The position numbers and the translations under genes are program-made. A DNA stretch of 60,824 nucleotides from Pirellulales bacterium (GTDB lineage Bacteria > Planctomycetota > Planctomycetia > Pirellulales > UBA1268): the NCBI GenBank assembly GCA_040397585.1, contig JBBAVS010000010.1, positions 1-60,824 of the forward strand, read 5' to 3'. The first letter of the stretch is position 1. The number at the start of each line of letters is the position of its first letter. Of this stretch, positions 54,468-60,824 are shown piece by piece. A model generated the notes under the pieces. That model saw nothing but the letters and a program-made list of their open reading frames with translations, searched no databases and was not told where the DNA came from.

Positions 54468-56285
54468 ATGTGGGCAAGGTGGACGCGTCCCGCGTTGGTG
54501 CTCCATCCCGTGCAGCATTCCGAGTTCGGCCCCTATCGCGTCGTCCGCCTCCTGGGCCAGGGCGGCATGGGCACCGTCTACGAGGCCGTCGATCCGGCAT
54601 CGGGCCGGACGGTGGCCATCAAGACCCTGCCGTTCCACCTCGCAAACAACGAGGGCATCCGGCGGCGATTCCAGTCGGAGATCGACACGCTGATGACCCT
54701 CCGGCATCCGGGCATCGCCCGGATGGTGGGATTCGGCGACCAGGGGGGCGTGCCGTTCTTCGCCATGGAGTTCGTCCAGGGCCAGACGCTCGACCAGCTC
54801 CTCGCCTCCGGCCGGCGGTTCACCTGGCACGAGACCGCGGTGATCGCGCTGGAAATCGTCCGCGTCTTGAAGGCGGCGCACGACCAGGGCGTGGTGCATC
54901 GCGATCTCAAGCCCGCCAACCTGATGTTTCCGCCGGCGGCCGGCGGTGGCTTTCACGTGAAGCTCACCGACTTCGGCATCGCCAAGCTGTTCGGTGAAAC
55001 GGGCCACACCCGCTCCGGCATGGTGATCGGCACGCCCGAATACATGCCGCCTGAGCAGGCGACGGGGCTGCCCGTGGATCACCGCGCCGATCTCTACAGC
55101 CTCGGGCTCGTGATGTTCGCCATGCTCGCCGGCAAGCCGCCGTTCCAGGGATCGGTGCCGGAGGTGCTGGAGTGCCAGCGGACGCGGCGGCCGCCCCGCA
55201 TCGCAGCGGTCGTGCCCGACGTTCCCGGGCCACTCGACGACCTGATCGACAACCTGCTCGCCAAGGCGACCGCCGACCGGCCCGCCAACGCCACCGTCGT
55301 GGCCCGACGCCTCGCCGAGATCGCGGCGCTGCCGCTGCAGCCCACCATCCAGGCGCCCCCCGTTCCGCCGCAGGTGCCCGGCCCGACGATCGCCGATGAC
55401 GCGCGGCCCACGGGTCCGGCGGCGGCCGATGCGCCCGCCCCCCCCTCCACCTTCACCACCGTCGAAGCGGCCGCCCGCGCCATTCGCGAGCGGGAGGAGG
55501 CTGCCGCGGGCCGGCGTTCGGCGGCGCTGCTGGCGGCGTCGTTCGCCACGATCACCGCGATCGCGGTCGCCGGCTGGTGGCTCCTGCTCAGGCCGTGGCC
55601 ATGGCCCGACCCCGGCGCCGAGCAGCGGCACTATGCCCGCATCCTCGCCATGCTCGGAGACCCCGACGACCTCGGCGACCCCTGCCGCGAGATGAAGTCT
55701 TACCTCGCCCGCTATCCCCGGGGGCAGTTCACCACCGACGTCCGCACGCTGGGCCGCGAGGTCGCCCTCGACCGGCTCCACAAGCTGTCGCGACACCGGT
55801 TTCCCACCTACACGCCGAAGTCGCGGGAGGAGCGGGCGTATCTGGACGCGATCCGCGTCAGCGACGCCGACCCCAAGGCCGCGGCCGGGAAACTCCGCGA
55901 CCTGCTGACGGGCTCCGCGAACGAGGCCGCGGGCGGGAGCAGCGGCCCCCTCGACGATCCCTGCGCCGCGGTGGAGGACCCGGCTCCCGACACCTGGCGG
56001 GAACTGGCTCGTCGGCAGCTGGAGATCGTCACGCAGATCGTCAGCCGCGAGGAGGCCGCCCGCCGCCAGGAGACCGTCACCGACCAGGACCGCGCGAAGG
56101 CGATCCTGGCCCAGGCCGCCGCCTACCAGCGGGAGGTCGAGACCACGACCGATGCCACCCGCCGGGTGGTGGCCGTGACCCGCCGCCACCAGATGCTCGA
56201 GGAACTCGCGGAGACCTACGCCGCCAAGCCGCACTGCGCCGAGCACGTCGCCGAGGCGCGGCGGCTCTTGGCCACCGACCGCTGA
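54468..56285 (+). CDS. Ser/Thr protein kinase (Hanks type) with TM and a C-terminal extracytoplasmic domain
   Basis: LGQGGMGTVYEA, VAIKTL, HRDLKPANL, DFGIAK and GTPEYMPPE are present, as is the TM helix LLAASFATITAIAVAGWWLLL. The start is ATG 54468 or a nearby GTG. Confidence 0.92.
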   Translation: MWARWTRPALVLHPVQHSEFGPYRVVRLLGQGGMGTVYEAVDPASGRTVAIKTLPFHLANNEGIRRRFQSEIDTLMTLRHPGIARMVGFGDQGGVPFFAMEFVQGQTLDQLLASGRRFTWHETAVIALEIVRVLKAAHDQGVVHRDLKPANLMFPPAAGGGFHVKLTDFGIAKLFGETGHTRSGMVIGTPEYMPPEQATGLPVDHRADLYSLGLVMFAMLAGKPPFQGSVPEVLECQRTRRPPRIAAVVPDVPGPLDDLIDNLLAKATADRPANATVVARRLAEIAALPLQPTIQAPPVPPQVPGPTIADDARPTGPAAADAPAPPSTFTTVEAAARAIREREEAAAGRRSAALLAASFATITAIAVAGWWLLLRPWPWPDPGAEQRHYARILAMLGDPDDLGDPCREMKSYLARYPRGQFTTDVRTLGREVALDRLHKLSRHRFPTYTPKSREERAYLDAIRVSDADPKAAAGKLRDLLTGSANEAAGGSSGPLDDPCAAVEDPAPDTWRELARRQLEIVTQIVSREEAARRQETVTDQDRAKAILAQAAAYQREVETTTDATRRVVAVTRRHQMLEELAETYAAKPHCAEHVAEARRLLATDR

Positions 56286-58417
56286 CGCCGTCCGCACCAC
56301 GCCGCGGCCACGACCGCGATCACCGCCAGCCCGGCTGAGGTCGGCTCCGGCACGGCCGCCACCGCACCACCGGCTCCAGCGGTCGCGGCGATGTAGGGCC
56401 CCGCGTCGAACAGGCCCGTCGACAGGAAGTCGGCCGCATCGAGGATGTCCACCAGACCGTCGTAGCCGAAGTCGCCCTCGTTCCAGCTCGCCGGCGTTCC
56501 GGAGTCGAACTTGCCTCCCGCCAGGAAGTTCGCGCCGTCGAGGATGTCCACCTGGCCGTCGATGTTGGTGTCGCCGGGGGCGGAATAGGCGAACACGACC
56601 GAGCCGTCGCCGTTGTCGAGCCAGCCGACCGACCGGGGAATGCTCGCGACCACGTCGGCCGCCACCGCCGACGAGGTGATGCCATTGGTGCCGTTCCACG
56701 TGCCGTCACCCCGACCGTTGAGGATCGCCGTCACCATGCCGGCCGCGGAGAGCCCGGCCGCGACGGTCACCGATCCCGTGCCCACGTCCACGAGACCGCC
56801 CGCGTTGGCCGCGAGCCCGGGGACGGTGGTGGCGAGCCGCGGGGCGATCGCGAGCGTGCCGCCGGCAACGGGCACGATCGTGCCGCTGCCGGTCTGGCCG
56901 TCGGCCGTCAGCCGCAGTACGCCCCCCTCGATCCGCGTCGGGCCGGCGTAGGTGTTGCTGCCCGACAGCGTGAGGGTGCCGCCGTTGACCGTGACTCCGC
57001 CGCCGCCGCCGATCTGATTCGTGAAGGGGCCGCCGTAGTCGTCGCTGCGGTTGAAGGCGATGGTCGCGCCGCTCGACACGGTGATCGCCACCGGAGCTCC
57101 GACGAGACCGGACGTGCCGCCAGACCCAACCTGGAGCGTGCCCTCCTCGACGTACACGGTCCCGGCCGCAAAGGCGGTCGCCTGATCGACCACGAGCGTG
57201 CCGGCACCCTTTTTGGCGACCGGCACCAACCCGGTGAGCGAGGTCGTCGGGGTGGCCGTGCCGCCGGACACGGTCTGCACGTTCACATCGAGGTCGAAAA
57301 TCGAGACGGTGCGGTTCTGAAAATCCATCACCGCCAGCGTCTTGGTTGTGAGGTCGTAGCCGAAGTCGTACCAGCCGTTGCCTTTCGCGGGGGTGGATCC
57401 GAAGAGCACATTCCAGTTGACCGGCACCGTCGCTCCCGTCGTGGCTACGACCTGGTTGGCCGTGGTGAACGAGGTCGATCCTTCCGTGGTGCCCACGGGG
57501 CGACTGTTCCAGATCACGGCATTGCCCGCGAACGAACCGGCCGGATCGACCACGCCCCCCATGAAGGCCAGGCTCTGGCCGGCCATGCCCGCGCCGTTGT
57601 TGGAGTTGTTGACGAGAAACTGCTGGACGTTCCCCGAGATCGCGTTGGTGCCGGTGCGGACGCCGGAGGCCACGTTGTTGGAGTTGCGGGTGTAGATGTC
57701 GCCCGTCGCCGGATCGAAATCGACGTCCCGCCACTCGGTGTTGGTGGGGGAGGTGTTGATCACCATGCCGGGCAGGGCGGAGCCGGTCAGGCCATACACC
57801 GTCGCCCCGGTGGCCGGGTCGAACGTCGGCCGGCGGCCCGAGTTGAACACCAACCCCGTGATCCCGGAACCTCCCTGGCTGACTCCGCCGACGACGTACC
57901 CGGGGTCGAAAGCCGCCCCGCCCATCTGCCGGCCGGCGAGGGTGCCGGTCCAGATCACGCTGCCATCGACGGTGCTCAAGGCCTGCATCCCGTCGGTCGT
58001 GGCCGGCGTCGTCGTGCCGTTGTCCCACGCCGCCGCGAGCACCGTGCCGCTCACCGCCAGGCCCGTGAAGCCGCGGCCGTTGAGTGTGGCAGACCGGGTG
58101 CCGAACGCCGGCGTGAAGGCCGGCACGACGCCGAGGCCCGGAGTGGCGAGGGGATTGGTGATCCCGGTGATCGCGGTTCGGCTCGTCGACCCCGAGGCAT
58201 TGACGCCGGCGACGTAGACGGCCGAGCCCGTCCAGGCGATGGTCGATGGATTCGCGCCGATGAACTGCGGGTTGCCGCCGTTGGCGGTGCTGGCGATGTT
58301 CAGCCGCACCCGCTCGTAGACGGAGAGCGACTGGGCGAGCGCCGGCCCGCCGGCAGCGGCGGCGAGGGCGGCCATGACCAGCACGGGCAGCAAGACACGG
58401 GGCGCGAACCGTCGCAT
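56216..58417 (-). CDS. Secreted PATR-repeat / dockerin-like / PEP-CTERM protein
   Basis: ATG at 58417 is preceded by GGAGG and gives a signal peptide. The N-terminal ~400 aa are unique. PATR units follow (GGTLTLSGSNTYAGPTRIEGGVLRL), then paired D-x-D-G-x-VD-ILD motifs (dockerin/EF-hand-like), then VPEPTSAGLAVIAVVAAAWCGRRQRS (PEP-CTERM) plus a 19-aa tail. Confidence 0.8.
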   Translation of the reverse strand: MRRFAPRVLLPVLVMAALAAAAGGPALAQSLSVYERVRLNIASTANGGNPQFIGANPSTIAWTGSAVYVAGVNASGSTSRTAITGITNPLATPGLGVVPAFTPAFGTRSATLNGRGFTGLAVSGTVLAAAWDNGTTTPATTDGMQALSTVDGSVIWTGTLAGRQMGGAAFDPGYVVGGVSQGGSGITGLVFNSGRRPTFDPATGATVYGLTGSALPGMVINTSPTNTEWRDVDFDPATGDIYTRNSNNVASGVRTGTNAISGNVQQFLVNNSNNGAGMAGQSLAFMGGVVDPAGSFAGNAVIWNSRPVGTTEGSTSFTTANQVVATTGATVPVNWNVLFGSTPAKGNGWYDFGYDLTTKTLAVMDFQNRTVSIFDLDVNVQTVSGGTATPTTSLTGLVPVAKKGAGTLVVDQATAFAAGTVYVEEGTLQVGSGGTSGLVGAPVAITVSSGATIAFNRSDDYGGPFTNQIGGGGGVTVNGGTLTLSGSNTYAGPTRIEGGVLRLTADGQTGSGTIVPVAGGTLAIAPRLATTVPGLAANAGGLVDVGTGSVTVAAGLSAAGMVTAILNGRGDGTWNGTNGITSSAVAADVVASIPRSVGWLDNGDGSVVFAYSAPGDTNIDGQVDILDGANFLAGGKFDSGTPASWNEGDFGYDGLVDILDAADFLSTGLFDAGPYIAATAGAGGAVAAVPEPTSAGLAVIAVVAAAWCGRRQRSVAKSRRASATCSAQCGLAA

Positions 58418-58499
58418 GACAACCTCCGAGGGCAGGGAGCTGCCACGCGAGACTGCCGCGTCCCGCCCCGTGGCGGAAATAGCATATGCCACGCGCCGG

Positions 58500-58775
58500 T
58501 CAGATGCGACGCAGGCGGGTGAACTCGTCGATGGTGACGGTCGTCAACTCGCCGTCGTCGCGGGCGAGGATCAGGACGTCGCTGTAGACCTTGTCGTCGG
58601 CATTGCGGCGAAAGTGCAGCCCGTGCCGCCGCCGCTCCCGGCGGAGCACCTTCCCGGTGGTCTTCGTCGTCCAGGTGGCGGACGACCCCACCTGTACCCC
58701 GTGGATCACCTCCACCGCGTCGCCGGGCTGGAGCTGCTCGTAGAGGCCGCGGGCCTCGTATTCCTCGGGCGTCAT
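58500..58775 (-). CDS. Small hypothetical protein (91 aa) immediately downstream of ilvC
   Basis: ATG at 58775 lies 8 nt after the ilvC stop. MTPEEYEARGLYEQLQPGDAVEVIHGVQVG... has non-repetitive, coding-like composition. No recognised domain. Confidence 0.45.
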   Translation of the reverse strand: MTPEEYEARGLYEQLQPGDAVEVIHGVQVGSSATWTTKTTGKVLRRERRRHGLHFRRNADDKVYSDVLILARDDGELTTVTIDEFTRLRRI

Positions 58776-58783
58776 GGCGTGGC

Positions 58784-59788
<1,005 letters not shown>

Positions 59789-59858
59789 GGGATCGCTCCG
59801 GGGGTGGTGACTCGGTCGGGTAAGCGGTGACGGATCGTGGATCGGGTGCGCCGGGACG

Positions 59859-60413
59859 TCAGGCGAGCGACTCGCCCGGAGAACTGTCGGCAGCGCGGGC
59901 GCCGTCGGCGGCCTCGGTGAGTTCGCGGGTCGGCGGGCTTCCCCGGACCATCGCGATCCGCCCGGTGCGGACGAGTTCGAGGATGCCCTTGGGCCGCACG
60001 AGTTCGATGAAGCCCTCGAGCTTCTTCTCGGTGCCCGAGACCTCCACGATCACGCTGTCGGCGGCGACGTCGACGATCCGGCCTCGAAAGATCTCCGCGA
60101 GCTCCTTGACCTCCGTGCGGTCGGGGCCCGGGACGGCGGCGACCTTGATGAGCATCAGGTCGCGCTCCACGTAGTTGCGGCTGCTGATGTCATCGACCCG
60201 CACCACCGTGACGATCTTCTCGAGCTGACGGCGGACCTGGTCGAGCACGCGGTCGTCGCCGCGGAGCACGAACGTCATCCGGGAAAACCGCGGGTTCTCC
60301 GTCTCGCCGACGGCAAGGCTGTCGATGTTGTAGCCCCGGGAGGCCAGCATCCCCGACACGTGGGCGAGCACGCCGGGCACGTTCTGGACGGTGGCAGAGA
60401 GGACGTGACGCAT
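59859..60413 (-). CDS. ilvN: Acetolactate synthase small (regulatory) subunit
   Basis: ATG at 60413. [39 protein letters not shown]... is the ACT domain, followed by the ALS_ss_C region ...[33 protein letters not shown]. Confidence 0.93.
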   Translation of the reverse strand: MRHVLSATVQNVPGVLAHVSGMLASRGYNIDSLAVGETENPRFSRMTFVLRGDDRVLDQVRRQLEKIVTVVRVDDISSRNYVERDLMLIKVAAVPGPDRTEVKELAEIFRGRIVDVAADSVIVEVSGTEKKLEGFIELVRPKGILELVRTGRIAMVRGSPPTRELTEAADGARAADSSPGESLA

Positions 60414-60590
60414 GGGTGGCTCGCGACGGATTCCGGGCCGGACGGGCAGGCGGGTCGGCGGACGAACGCCGTCGCTGCGGGGCAGGGCGGAGTCTAGTAA
60501 GGCGAAACCCACGCATTCAAGCCTTGGTCGGCCCGCGGGGGCCGGACAGCCCCCGGAACCCCCATCCTGCCCGGCGGCGGCCGAGGCACG

Positions 60591-60620
60591 TTGACAGGGA
60601 GGGAAAAAAGCCGATAGTTT
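60591..60620 (+). promoter_or_regulatory. Sigma-70-like promoter upstream of rpsB
   Basis: TTGACA (60591-60596), an 18-nt spacer, and TAGTTT (60615-60620) lie about 57 nt upstream of the rpsB GTG. The spacer is locally AT-rich. Confidence 0.4.
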
Positions 60621-60676
60621 GCGGTGCTCCGCACCATGCGGCATTACCCCTTTTTCGTCCCAGCGAGCGTGTAAGC

Positions 60677-60824
60677 GTGTCGAACGTCTTGGCCCAGGAA
60701 CTGATCGAAGCCGGCGTCCATTTCGGCCACCGTGCCAGCCGGTGGAACCCGAAGATGCGGCCCTACATTCACGGCCGCCGCAACCTCATCCACATCATCG
60801 ACGTCCGCGAGACGATCCGCGGCC
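60677..60824 (+). CDS. rpsB: 30S ribosomal protein S2 (5' fragment, runs off the window)
   Basis: Not in the ORF track because it is open at the window edge. GTG at 60677 translates to [49 protein letters not shown], the conserved S2 N-terminus. Confidence 0.88.
   Translation, partial: MSNVLAQELIEAGVHFGHRASRWNPKMRPYIHGRRNLIHIIDVRETIRG

Overview
This is a high-GC (roughly 70%) chromosomal segment. Its gene content looks planctomycete-like, which is an inference from giant autotransporter-repeat proteins with PEP-CTERM anchors and dockerin-like modules, a DUF1080 protein, an arylsulfatase, an FG-GAP protein, a sigma-70 with a long N-terminal extension, and an STK/FHA pair. I support about 45 protein genes, one tRNA-Leu(CAA), and a 5'-partial rpsB at the right edge. 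I saw no rRNA, CRISPR array, transposase or integrase. Most genes are housekeeping: rpmI-infC, sbcCD, cysK, acs, pfk, trxB, cstA, metF, folK-panC-lgt, ilvNC and rpsB. Many very long ORFs in the track are antisense or out-of-frame high-GC artefacts. Many real genes start well inside the listed ORF, and I re-placed those starts by hand. The most interesting signal not explained by gene models is a dispersed, modular intergenic repeat family. It has four full copies (10143-10574, 19229-19466, 24563-24812, 27416-27841) and one fragment (18111-18128). These copies are rich in hairpins that show compensatory base changes, and each sits just 3' of a gene in a fixed relative orientation. Secondary observations: (1) a non-AUG (ATC) infC start; (2) four in-frame tandem copies of the last codons plus stop of a sigma-factor gene; (3) a four-module ABC exporter fusion (PH-like, zinc ribbon, ABC, DUF1854-like); (4) a double-module U32 Fe-S-type protein; (5) convergent gene-tail overlaps involving PEP-CTERM signals; (6) an HPPK fused to a degenerate P-loop domain in an operon ending with a CDGSH protein. 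All calls come from reading the sequence and translations by eye. No database search was run.
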